From a virus, in the IMG/VR virus record IMGVR_UViG_3300027974_000032, positions 1 to 64,000 of that record: DNA of 64,000 nucleotides; one strand, 5' to 3'. This document shows positions 8,267 to 16,683 of the stretch, in pieces. Below the pieces are notes generated by a model, which worked only from the letters and a program-made list of their open reading frames with translations, searched no databases and was not told where the DNA came from. Both the position numbers and the translations under genes were made by a program. Position 1 is the first letter of the stretch. Each line of letters opens with the position of its first letter.

Positions 8267-9015
8267 ACTTTATATTGTACCATAGTAAATCCCTGGGGTT
8301 TTGGGGGAATTACAAGGGTGGTCATGCCAAGTTTTCCAAAAAACTCTTTTGGATCAGTATCTCCAATTAACTCTATTAGGCTTGATGCTTTATCTATTAA
8401 TGTTTTGCTTCCTTCTTCATGTCCAGCATTTACCAAAAGAGCAATCTCACGGTCTTCCTCAAAAACATCAATAGTTTTTTGTAGTATCTCCTTCATAGCA
8501 GTTTTGTGATCTAATATAACAGAGCAGTATGGAAGATCTTTTATGTTATTTAAATGAGACAATATCTCATGCTGTTCTAAACCAAAAAGTTCAAGTACCA
8601 CATATGCCTTTTCACCTGTAACAATACCAGAAAGTGCAATTGCCATTGGCCCAATGCTTGGTCCCGCTATAATATCTACTGGATATTTTAATGTATGTAA
8701 ATGCTTTATAAGCATGGAGCCTGGGTCTGCTGTACCTGGATAGCCCATCTCAACAATTAAAACAACATCCTCATTGTTATCAAGTTTATCAGTTACCATA
8801 TCATAAAATTCATCACTATGCTGAAATTCAATTGGTTTCTTCTTTAGTGTAATACCTAAAAAATCTAAATCTTTATAAAATTGCTCTTCTTTTTCTACGA
8901 TAATGTTATTAGACCTTTTAAATAATTCTATGACTCTGCTTGGAAGATCTTTTTTATTTCCAAGATGACTTGGAGCAATTATTAGTTTACCTACATTAGT
9001 TTTTATTTCCAACAT
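8263..9015 (-). CDS. RsmI-like (TP_methylase fold) SAM-dependent methyltransferase
   Basis: LIIAPSHLGNKKDL, EMGYPGTADPG, IIAGPS...ALSG match RsmI motifs PIGNLED / SDAGxPxISDPG / PGPSA. Confidence 0.7.
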   Translation of the reverse strand: MLEIKTNVGKLIIAPSHLGNKKDLPSRVIELFKRSNNIIVEKEEQFYKDLDFLGITLKKKPIEFQHSDEFYDMVTDKLDNNEDVVLIVEMGYPGTADPGSMLIKHLHTLKYPVDIIAGPSIGPMAIALSGIVTGEKAYVVLELFGLEQHEILSHLNNIKDLPYCSVILDHKTAMKEILQKTIDVFEEDREIALLVNAGHEEGSKTLIDKASSLIELIGDTDPKEFFGKLGMTTLVIPPKPQGFTMVQYKV

Positions 9016-9028
9016 ATGAAACTATCTA

Positions 9029-9478
9029 TTAGTCAATTTCATTTTCTTTGCTTACTGCTGAAAGCATCCAGTGCCATCTTTGATGCTGGTCCATTCTTTC
9101 TGCAAAGAAGTTTGCAAGTGCATGTTGTCTATTGGCTGTGGCCATTTCCACTGCATCTGCTAATTTTGATAGCACCATGTCGTTTGCCATAAGTAAATCA
9201 GCAGACATTGTCATTGGATCAGAAGATACTTCTGGCTCCCCAACTTCATTTAATTCTATAAATCTTGATAGTTTGAATGGTGCATATGCATCTAATTTTC
9301 TCAACCACTCTGCATATGTATCTGTTGCTGACTCATAGTCTGCATATATGTCACCAAAAAAACTATGAAACTGAGGAAAATCATCACCCTCTACATTCCA
9401 GTGATACCCGTGAGCCTTTAACTTAAGAGTTATATTATCTGCAAGCAACACCTTTAGTAAATTTATGATTTGATCCAT
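9029..9478 (-). CDS. dps: Dps DNA-protection ferritin-like protein
   Basis: AHGYHWNVEG..F..FH..F..IY; HQRWHWML. Confidence 0.92.
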   Translation of the reverse strand: MDQIINLLKVLLADNITLKLKAHGYHWNVEGDDFPQFHSFFGDIYADYESATDTYAEWLRKLDAYAPFKLSRFIELNEVGEPEVSSDPMTMSADLLMANDMVLSKLADAVEMATANRQHALANFFAERMDQHQRWHWMLSAVSKENEID

Positions 9479-9498
9479 ATAACCATTATAGCATGAGG

Positions 9499-9765
9499 TT
9501 ATTCAGCAAGGCGTTGATGTGTTCTTACTCTATGGCAATTAGCGCAAACTACTTCACACTTTTCTATCTCTTTTTTAATGGCTTTCCATGAAAAACCATC
9601 ATGTATCATTCTGGATATATTGTATTTTTTATCTCTTATGTGGTCAAAATCTAATATTATATGGTTTCCTATGCCACAGTCTACACAGCCAGAATCTTCC
9701 TTTATCTTAGCAAGCATCTTTTTATACTGCTGCTTATTATAATGTTCCAACTCTTTGTCAGTCAT
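9499..9765 (-). CDS. small HNH endonuclease
   Basis: CVDCG...LDFDH...CEVVCANCHRVRT; leaderless TATAAT-7-ATG. Confidence 0.85.
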   Translation of the reverse strand: MTDKELEHYNKQQYKKMLAKIKEDSGCVDCGIGNHIILDFDHIRDKKYNISRMIHDGFSWKAIKKEIEKCEVVCANCHRVRTHQRLAE

Positions 9766-9789
9766 TGATGTTATTATACCGCCAAATGT

Positions 9790-9877
9790 TAAGCCCTACA
9801 CAGGCAATTCACCTGACTTGCGCCACGGTCTCTATCCAATGGGTAACTAATCCATCACTAAGGTCCTGTGTAGGGAC
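9790..9877 (-). ncRNA. putative structured sRNA A (three-way junction)
   Basis: TGCTACAAT -10 at 9884-9889; perfect 11-bp P1 CCCUACACAGG/CCUGUGUAGGG; P2 UGAUGG/CCAUUG; P3 with GCAA tetraloop. Confidence 0.65.
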
Positions 9878-9894
9878 AACATAATTGTAGCATG

Positions 9895-10005
9895 AAAAAT
9901 GAGCACTTTATAGACTTGCTCAGGTCCCCCAGGGTGCGACCCTGGGCGTATCCGTACTCAGCAATAAGGTCGCTTAAAAAGCAACTGCATGTATCATGAC
10001 GGAAT
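9895..10005 (-). ncRNA. putative structured sRNA B (four-way junction + hairpin + terminator)
   Basis: TATAAT at 10011-10016; UCCGU/ACGGA closing three hairpins; CCCAGGGU/ACCCUGGG; UGAGCA/UGCUCA-U5. Confidence 0.6.
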
Positions 10006-10016
10006 ATTCTATTATA

Positions 10017-10433
10017 CTACTGAATTTCAATAGTTTTTGGCTTTTTATCTTCAGGAACAATTCTCTCAATTTTTACTTTGAGTAGTCCATCACTAAGGGA
10101 TGCGCCAACAACCTCCATATATTCTCCAAGAGCAAAAAACTTTCTAAAATTTCTAGAAGCAATGCCCTTATGGACAAACGAAGTTTCTTCTTCGTCAAGT
10201 TTTAACCCATGAATGTCAAGTTGGTTCCCATGTACACTAACATCGATTTCTTCTTTTGTGAATCCTGCAACTGCAAGTTCGATCATATAGTTATCTTCAT
10301 TGATTTTGATTAAGTTATGTGGTGGATAATTTGTTGAAAATATCTCTGTATTATCTTTCATTCTTTGGATATCTTTTCCAAAGCCAATAAAAAATGGATC
10401 ATTAAATAGATCCATAGCAAGTTTTGTTACCAT
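10017..10433 (-). CDS. hsp20: small heat shock protein (Hsp20/IbpA-like)
   Basis: NYPPHNL...IELAVAGF...HKGIASRNF...DGLLKV. Confidence 0.95.
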   Translation of the reverse strand: MVTKLAMDLFNDPFFIGFGKDIQRMKDNTEIFSTNYPPHNLIKINEDNYMIELAVAGFTKEEIDVSVHGNQLDIHGLKLDEEETSFVHKGIASRNFRKFFALGEYMEVVGASLSDGLLKVKIERIVPEDKKPKTIEIQ

Positions 10434-10489
10434 TTTATTCCCCTTTCAAGCGAATAAGTTAATTACCCCCCATTTGGGCAGGTAATAAT
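10434..10489 (-). promoter_or_regulatory. ROSE-like RNA thermometer in hsp20 5'UTR
   Basis: UUAUUCGCUU-GAAA-GGGGAAUAA pairs SD with UCGCU (bulged G); upstream second hairpin; TGCTATAAT at 10490-10498. Confidence 0.7.
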
Positions 10490-10501
10490 ATTATAGCATA
10501 G

Positions 10502-10534
10502 AAAAGCAGGCTAGTCAAATCACAACTAGCCTGC
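10502..10534 (-). terminator. rho-independent terminator
   Basis: GCAGGCTAGT/ACTAGCCTGC 10-bp stem followed by TTTT on minus strand. Confidence 0.75.
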
Positions 10535-10542
10535 CAATCTAA

Positions 10543-10806
10543 TTACTTCTTTGCTGCTGTCTTCTTAGCAGGTGCCTTCTTTACAGTAGCCTTCTTTGCT
10601 GCTGCATCAACTTCCACTACATCTGGCATCTTGCCAAATGCTGTGTCGTTTGGATTGACTGCTCTTAATGCCACGGGCGCTAAGGCTGCCAATAGTGAGT
10701 ATGCAAGTGTCTTAGGATCTGTAACCCCAGACATATATAGTGCAAGCGCAGCGCCAAGAACTGATCGTCCGTATGATGCTAGCAATGCCTTTGTTGTTTC
10801 ATTCAT
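10543..10806 (-). CDS. holin-like membrane protein with basic tail
   Basis: Two hydrophobic segments, LNPND..FG-type motif, KKAPAKK tail. Confidence 0.55.
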   Translation of the reverse strand: MNETTKALLASYGRSVLGAALALYMSGVTDPKTLAYSLLAALAPVALRAVNPNDTAFGKMPDVVEVDAAAKKATVKKAPAKKTAAKK

Positions 10807-10816
10807 AATTTTCCTC

Positions 10817-10975
10817 CTAGGATATTATATTTGTTAGTACTGTGAAACCAATCCATAAACCAATAATTCCTGCGACTCCCGCAAAAACTGGTGGTGCTGG
10901 TACTGGTAACTTGAATGCAGCAAAAACTACGCCACATCCAAACCCTGTTAGTGTTGATAGTATTACGTCCTTCAT
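10817..10975 (-). CDS. XapX/DUF1427-domain small membrane protein (52 aa)
   Basis: Not in track: MKDVILSTLTGFGCGVVFAAFKLPVPAPPVFAGVAGIIGLWIG. Confidence 0.75.
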   Translation of the reverse strand: MKDVILSTLTGFGCGVVFAAFKLPVPAPPVFAGVAGIIGLWIGFTVLTNIIS

Positions 10976-11580
10976 TGATTAACCTCGCTTAGTTGTTTTA
11001 GATTCATATTTATAACACATCTAAAATTATTTTTTTGTGGAGCATAGTTTGTGTGATACATACTACCATCAAAGATTACAATGCTTCCAGCCTTTGGGTT
11101 TATGGTTTTAAAAACTGTTAACTCAGATTGATTGTATACTTTTCCAGAATACTTTTGATTATAAATTACTGTATCTCCATCAGAATCATTTACATAATAG
11201 ATAACAACAAAATGTTTTTCATCATTGTCAACGTGTGGCCAAGACAATCGCAGTTCTGTTGTACGAGATGTTAAATTAGACTTTGATCTGACTACTCTAA
11301 CTGGTCCTAATATATTAAAAATGTTTAATTTGCTTAAAATGCTGTAAGAAATTTTTAATATTGGTCCTTCTGGAGAGTTAGAGTTATTTCCAGAAACTAA
11401 GAATGGGTAATCAGAAAACATATCACCTATGACATAGCCAGGAGTATTTATGTCTGAGGTTATTTCTGCAGGGTTAAGAAAAAATGGTTGTAAATACATC
11501 ACATTATTTTCAATATCTAAAACTTCTTGTTTACTTAAAAAGTTATCGCTGTAAAAAAAGAAAGGGTCTTCCGTACTCAA
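10972..11580 (-). CDS. 2OG-Fe(II) oxygenase-like protein
   Basis: PHVD...IYYVNDSDGDT...FDGSMYH...RCVINMN. Confidence 0.75.
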   Translation of the reverse strand: MSTEDPFFFYSDNFLSKQEVLDIENNVMYLQPFFLNPAEITSDINTPGYVIGDMFSDYPFLVSGNNSNSPEGPILKISYSILSKLNIFNILGPVRVVRSKSNLTSRTTELRLSWPHVDNDEKHFVVIYYVNDSDGDTVIYNQKYSGKVYNQSELTVFKTINPKAGSIVIFDGSMYHTNYAPQKNNFRCVINMNLKQLSEVNQ

Positions 11581-11744
11581 CTGATATCTCCGCTATTCCT
11601 TATATCATCATAGTGGTGTGAACATACATCAATTATTCTTGTTTCTGTTGCCCATATTTTTTCAGACTCTTCTTTGCATGATTCAACCTCGCATACTTGA
11701 AATGCTGAGTATATTAAATCCCTTGGATTTTTTAGTTTTATCAT
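11577..11744 (-). CDS. small Cys/His zinc-finger protein (55 aa)
   Basis: VCEVESC...DVCSHHY; coupled to both neighbours. Confidence 0.6.
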   Translation of the reverse strand: MIKLKNPRDLIYSAFQVCEVESCKEESEKIWATETRIIDVCSHHYDDIRNSGDIS

Positions 11745-12169
11745 TACTCTAGTTTACCATAGTCGTCTGGTATAAGTTTCTTTAATTCTTTATAGGCATT
11801 CGATATCTTTTTCATGGATGGATAGTGTGGGTAGGCGTCTCCAACAACTCCATACTCATCAAAATATTCAATTTCGGGTTCAATTTCATTAATAAAGATT
11901 GCAATTGCTTTTTGAACATCCTCAATATAGTCAAAAGCCCAGTCTCTAGATTGAGAAACAAACTTTAAGAACCCATCAGTATTTTCAACTGATTTTGTTT
12001 CTGAAGAGTTCATTTCCTCTAATAGCCTTTCGGCAAAGATATTTCTATCTATGGCTATTTGAAGATTTTTGCTTACTAATGAGTTATTCTTTAATCTTAA
12101 ACTAACATTATTGAACATTAATAAAGAAAATAAAAAAACAAAAATACATGAGACTATAAGTTCAGTCAC
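11744..12169 (-). CDS. hypothetical protein with N-terminal TM helix
   Basis: 141 aa ORF in operon. Confidence 0.7.
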   Translation of the reverse strand: MTELIVSCIFVFLFSLLMFNNVSLRLKNNSLVSKNLQIAIDRNIFAERLLEEMNSSETKSVENTDGFLKFVSQSRDWAFDYIEDVQKAIAIFINEIEPEIEYFDEYGVVGDAYPHYPSMKKISNAYKELKKLIPDDYGKLE

Positions 12170-12420
12170 TATGGTTTCCCACCTTCTCTTACAAGAAGAA
12201 CAATGGCCCCATTATCCTCTAATGCATTTTTAACATTTACCATATACTCTACAGCCTCACGCTTTTGATCATCAGAAAGTCTCATAAAATCTTCTTCTTT
12301 TGCCTTTACTGTTAAAAAGTGATCATGATCAATTAACTGCAAGGAAAAGTTTTTGGGAGCACGTATTGAATGAAAAGCCATTCTCATCTGATCTGTATAC
12401 ACTATGCTTCTCTTTTCCAA
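12169..12420 (-). CDS. hypothetical protein
   Basis: 83 aa ORF in operon. Confidence 0.65.
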   Translation of the reverse strand: MEKRSIVYTDQMRMAFHSIRAPKNFSLQLIDHDHFLTVKAKEEDFMRLSDDQKREAVEYMVNVKNALEDNGAIVLLVREGGKP

Positions 12421-12614
12421 TGAACAAAAGACTTTATGTACACAGCAGAATATGCCGTTGCCATTGCAATAAATCCATACTGTTTAGTTGCTAGGGCATA
12501 TGCAATCCATATGCACTCATTGGTAAGTAGCACAAGCCATCCCCAAATTGTTTTTCTTCCAACAAAATATATTCCAGTTACTCCAACTACAGCAAGAACC
12601 CAAGACCACCACAT
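12402..12614 (-). CDS. PnuC-like small membrane protein
   Basis: 3 TM segments, WGWLV...WIAYAL..KQYGF pattern. Confidence 0.55.
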   Translation of the reverse strand: MWWSWVLAVVGVTGIYFVGRKTIWGWLVLLTNECIWIAYALATKQYGFIAMATAYSAVYIKSFVHWKREA

Positions 12615-12615
12615 A

Positions 12616-13062
12616 CTAACCCTTATCTATTAGACCCACATAATCACTACATATACCATATATCGTATCATAATCTACACCAGAAGTCAAGTCAACATCA
12701 ACTAAAACTGATAATCTTGATACAGGTTTTTCTGGATAAGTCCAAATAATATTTTGACTTGTTAAAGTAAAGTCATCTTCCTGATGCCAAAAAAAATTAC
12801 AAAATTTAAAGTTTTTTGCAAAAATATAAAGAGCCTCTAGATTTTTGCAATGAAACCAAGCAACATCTGCCACATCCATAATAAAAAATGGATCTACTGG
12901 GTATAGTGGTTCACTGTGTCCAAGAAAAAAGTTACCATTAATAAACCAGATGTCAATTTCAACTTCATATCCAAGTTCTATTGCATTTAAGATGTATTCT
13001 GGAACATTTTCAAGGTCTGGGTTTGCTCCGTAAACATTGCCTCGATGTGCTATTTTAATCAA
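12616..13062 (-). CDS. glycerophosphodiester phosphodiesterase-like protein
   Basis: IAHRGN...EN...VEIDIW...LGH...GICSDY. Confidence 0.75.
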   Translation of the reverse strand: MIKIAHRGNVYGANPDLENVPEYILNAIELGYEVEIDIWFINGNFFLGHSEPLYPVDPFFIMDVADVAWFHCKNLEALYIFAKNFKFCNFFWHQEDDFTLTSQNIIWTYPEKPVSRLSVLVDVDLTSGVDYDTIYGICSDYVGLIDKG

Positions 13063-14423
13063 TGGCTGACCCTATTAGATAAATAATAATTTAAATCTTC
13101 TGGAGTTCCAACTCCCCACATTTTTTTAATATCGCTAGTAAAAATTCTTTTATTATCTAAAATTGCTTCATTAAAAACTGGGCAGACATAAAACTCATTA
13201 TTAGTTCTAATATTTTTATCAATCATTTGTTCTGAATACTTAACAAAATCAGAACCATGTTTCCAATAATATATACCAACTGTTGCTATATCACTAATAG
13301 GCTTTTTTTCTGCTACTTCAACAACTAATCCATTATCATCAACCCTAGCATATGACCATTTTGGATGTGTTGATTTAAATGTTGCTATTCCTCCATCTGC
13401 ATTTTTTGTCATTAGGTCATATATAAACTGTCGACTATTCCATTCTACTATTTGATCAGAGTTTGCCATAATAAGCGGACTTTCGCTATCTATATATTCT
13501 TTGGCTAAAAGGCATGTTACTGCAGCCCCCTCAGTAACTCCATCTACCTGAACAATATTGCATTCTGGAGTGATAAGATTTAATAAATAAGACAGATTAT
13601 ATTTTTCGTAGTGCTCTTTTTGTACTATATAGGTATACTTTGCTTTTACCCCAAGAGACTCCACCACAGCCTGAATCATGGGTTTGCCATCTACTTCGAC
13701 CAATGGCTTAGGGAATACGTATCCAGCATCCTTAAAACGGCTTCCAAGCCCAGCCATGGGTATTAGAACATTAAGGCCCTGATCTTTCCAAGTTGCTCCG
13801 CTATATTTTAAAAGACTAATAGCCTTATTAATCTTATCTTCTGTAAGGTCTGTTCTATTCTTAATTTCAATTAGATTTGCCTTGCTATCTCTTGCTGCTA
13901 ATTTCCCAACAAGACTATCTTCAAAAATAACTGTCTCATCTGCAATTACACCAAAGTGTGACATGGCTTGCCAGTACATTTCTGGGTGTGGCTTTGGATT
14001 TTTAACATCTTCATTACTTACAACGTGGTCTACTAAGTTTAAGACTCCTAAACTTTTGAGACAGTCAATAACTGTTTTACTAATGCTGTTACTTGCTACG
14101 GCTATATTAATATTATTATCTTTAATCATAGTAAGCAGTCTAACTAAATCTTTGTCTTCTGGAATATTGGAAAACATTGTGCTTGTTATTTCTTGTTTTA
14201 TTGACCACACACTATCAAACATTTCTTCTGGAAGACCTTTGTATTTATTTAAAAGGCTTAGTTTTGCTTTTGTTGGTAGACCCTCATATATATTTTCTTG
14301 CTCTTCTTTTGTTATAACATAAGATATGTCAAGTGATCTAAGTGCGTCATTGAGTGCATCAAAATGAATTGTTTTGCTATCAACAAGTACCCCATCTAAA
14401 TCAAAAGCAATCAACTTATTCAT
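13059..14423 (-). CDS. HAD phosphatase - sugar nucleotidyltransferase fusion
   Basis: FDLDGVLVDS, KPHPEMY, FEDS; then IPMAGLGSRF...PKPL...GTPEDL. Confidence 0.88.
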   Translation of the reverse strand: MNKLIAFDLDGVLVDSKTIHFDALNDALRSLDISYVITKEEQENIYEGLPTKAKLSLLNKYKGLPEEMFDSVWSIKQEITSTMFSNIPEDKDLVRLLTMIKDNNINIAVASNSISKTVIDCLKSLGVLNLVDHVVSNEDVKNPKPHPEMYWQAMSHFGVIADETVIFEDSLVGKLAARDSKANLIEIKNRTDLTEDKINKAISLLKYSGATWKDQGLNVLIPMAGLGSRFKDAGYVFPKPLVEVDGKPMIQAVVESLGVKAKYTYIVQKEHYEKYNLSYLLNLITPECNIVQVDGVTEGAAVTCLLAKEYIDSESPLIMANSDQIVEWNSRQFIYDLMTKNADGGIATFKSTHPKWSYARVDDNGLVVEVAEKKPISDIATVGIYYWKHGSDFVKYSEQMIDKNIRTNNEFYVCPVFNEAILDNKRIFTSDIKKMWGVGTPEDLNYYLSNRVSH

Positions 14424-15417
14424 CTTTGTTCCTTGAGTCTATAAAGTTAAATGCTGGAGTAGACACAATTCTTTTAATTAATGTATCTGCTTCTGTATTT
14501 ATATTTGGAAAACCAAAATAGTTGCAGTTTTTTCTAAAAGCAATTGCATGATAAAAATGATGTTGACCTTCTTCAAACCCAAACCGATTTTCTGTTTTAT
14601 CCATATAGTTTACATGAGAAACATTTGTTATTAGTGTTGTCATTAATTCTATAACTGTGCCACCTGGCTGCATAAACATAACATTTGTCAGTCCACCACC
14701 AGTAATTCCTACTATAGTATCAACTTCATAGAAATAGTTTAACTGATCTTCAAAAGAATCAAAATCTTCTGGGATCACAACCTCAAATCCATTATCAAGA
14801 AAAAAGTTTTCAAGTTTTTCTTCATCATCTATTCTATTATAGGTATTTCTTGTCAGTTTTTTAGAAAACTCTTCTCCATATTGCTTATTCTTATAATTAG
14901 TTAAACCCTTTCTACTCAAATATACTTTTCTAAAAGGCTTAACATCTTGATTTTTAATAAAAGGCATTACATATTTCATCAATATGTTTGATGCATTATG
15001 ATCTACAACCCTCTGGGTTCTTATGTAGAAATTATCAATATTAACGCTGCTACCCTTTGTTAGATCTACCTTTTCATAATTAACATTATGATAATCTAAT
15101 AGTTTAAAGCAAAACTCATTTACCTTGTGAGTCACTGGTGTTCTATTTGGAATAGACACATCTATAATAAACAATGTATCAGGATTAAGTTCAAATATAT
15201 GAAAGACCGTTCCTAAAAAATCATGCATACAATGATAAAAACTTATTGGAAGCCTCATGATCATTTTTGTTTGATCTGAATAAAAGGACATACTTTCTTC
15301 ATTAACTGGCTCTAACACACGAAAGTCTGGATTATATCCAACATTCCAAGAATACTTATCCTTGATGAGTTCATAGTCACTATCAGAAGTGGTTATTGTT
15401 TGAATTGTTACTGCCAT
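14416..15417 (-). CDS. glycosyltransferase family 61 (DUF563)-like
   Basis: RKVYLSR...RI.DEE.LE..F...GFEVV.PE..SFEDQ..F...IVG.TGGGLTN.MFMQPGGTVIEL. Confidence 0.75.
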   Translation of the reverse strand: MAVTIQTITTSDSDYELIKDKYSWNVGYNPDFRVLEPVNEESMSFYSDQTKMIMRLPISFYHCMHDFLGTVFHIFELNPDTLFIIDVSIPNRTPVTHKVNEFCFKLLDYHNVNYEKVDLTKGSSVNIDNFYIRTQRVVDHNASNILMKYVMPFIKNQDVKPFRKVYLSRKGLTNYKNKQYGEEFSKKLTRNTYNRIDDEEKLENFFLDNGFEVVIPEDFDSFEDQLNYFYEVDTIVGITGGGLTNVMFMQPGGTVIELMTTLITNVSHVNYMDKTENRFGFEEGQHHFYHAIAFRKNCNYFGFPNINTEADTLIKRIVSTPAFNFIDSRNKDE

Positions 15418-15701
15418 TATTGCTCCATAGTCATTCTAGTCCAAAAACTTCCCCAGTCTTTTTTATTCCTATGACTATTATACTCCCTTGATATCTCACC
15501 TGACTCTAGGTATACCCCGCCCCAAATACCCCATTCCTTCCCAGTAACTCCAACTGCAAAACAGTTTTTGCTTACTGGACATGAAGAACAAAGTTTATCT
15601 ACGGCTGGCCTCAGAATCTCATCGTCTTCATATTTATCAAAGAATAAGTCTGTGTCATAGTCTAAACAAGAAGATTGATCTTTCCATTCATGTTTAGCCA
15701 T
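15417..15701 (-). CDS. whiB: WhiB-family Fe-S transcription regulator
   Basis: Start MAKHEW at 15701; W....C...D.DLFF...CxxCPV...C...GIWGG. Confidence 0.9.
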   Translation of the reverse strand: MAKHEWKDQSSCLDYDTDLFFDKYEDDEILRPAVDKLCSSCPVSKNCFAVGVTGKEWGIWGGVYLESGEISREYNSHRNKKDWGSFWTRMTMEQ

Positions 15702-15912
15702 TAGTTTCCACGAACTTACTTGGTATATCCCAACCAGTTCTATTTGCCTCGTATCTAGTCTGAATATGCCATTTGCCATTAACTAGAGCACCATTTGCAG
15801 ATGACCTAGCCTTATCAGATGGGATGGAGTTTACTACTGTCCAACCATCCCAAGATAGTGTCTTATTGTTTTCAACAACTTTTTCCATATGTTCTAATGT
15901 TTTGATAATCAT
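15694..15912 (-). CDS. hypothetical protein
   Basis: 72 aa, AGGAG SD. Confidence 0.7.
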   Translation of the reverse strand: MIIKTLEHMEKVVENNKTLSWDGWTVVNSIPSDKARSSANGALVNGKWHIQTRYEANRTGWDIPSKFVETNG

Positions 15913-15921
15913 TTCATTCTC

Positions 15922-16272
15922 CTAGTATCTAAATATTCCGACTTCGACATTATTTAATTGTGCGGTATCGATTAATTTTGAGACTTGCTCACCCTCATTT
16001 GAAAGGAAAGCCATATAGTTAAATGTCTCAATATTTTCAGATATCCACTGTGGTGCAACTTTAAAAAACTTAATCTTTTTACCTCTAGACTTCATCCCTC
16101 TTTCAGAAAGATTTATGAATTCAGAAACCATAGAGTTTATGTTTGCTGGACCAGCAGAATATACATAAAAATATTCATCTTCTATTGGAAGTCCAGAAAG
16201 GGCTACACCCATTGCACGAAGAAATACTTGGTAGTCACTAAAACTACTTGTTCCCTGTACTCCCACTATCAT
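15922..16272 (-). CDS. SLOG/YspA-like hypothetical protein
   Basis: MIVGVQGTSSFSDY resembles SLOG N-terminal G-S/T-R-x-F-x-D-Y. Confidence 0.45.
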   Translation of the reverse strand: MIVGVQGTSSFSDYQVFLRAMGVALSGLPIEDEYFYVYSAGPANINSMVSEFINLSERGMKSRGKKIKFFKVAPQWISENIETFNYMAFLSNEGEQVSKLIDTAQLNNVEVGIFRY

Positions 16273-16660
16273 TTTTATCTCCATCTGTTAATTGATCTAT
16301 TATAAAGATCATCTTGTCTAATTCTACCTTACCCATACCCATTGTGTCAACTACACGTGTGCTCTCCTTATTTATCCCGTTCTCATCAAATTCTGCTGTG
16401 TGAAATAGGTTATCCTTAATCCAGTATGCAGATCCCTCCACGATAATAACACGAACATTATGTTTATCTTCATATTTAGTTGCTTGGGTGGAAAGCCTTT
16501 TCTTTGCTGGAGGATGAAGATCTAGCAATGGCTTGACTAAAGAATATATATGACTTTGGCTATATTTTATTTGCCCAGTCTCCCTTTTTGGAATAGGAAA
16601 TCTAAGTCCAATAAAAACAATAGACGCAAAGGTAATAAAAGATCCAAGCAAATATTTCAT
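16244..16660 (-). CDS. hypothetical protein with N-terminal TM helix
   Basis: 138 aa, GGGGAG SD. Confidence 0.7.
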   Translation of the reverse strand: MKYLLGSFITFASIVFIGLRFPIPKRETGQIKYSQSHIYSLVKPLLDLHPPAKKRLSTQATKYEDKHNVRVIIVEGSAYWIKDNLFHTAEFDENGINKESTRVVDTMGMGKVELDKMIFIIDQLTDGDKNDSGSTGNK

Positions 16661-16683
16661 TTTTCTCCCCTGAAACTATTGTA

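Noticed and set aside
9790-9877. Glycine riboswitch or pistol/hammerhead ribozyme
   Set aside because: ACCG...GCGCAA...UCAGGU is reminiscent of the glycine aptamer P3, but GGAGA, GAAG and CUCU are missing; no CUGANGA/GAAA core or pistol pseudoknot
9499-10005. OMEGA/HEARO (IscB-type) RNA-guided nuclease
   Set aside because: HNH is only 88 aa with no RuvC or PLMP domain and the RNAs are short; association kept only as a testable idea
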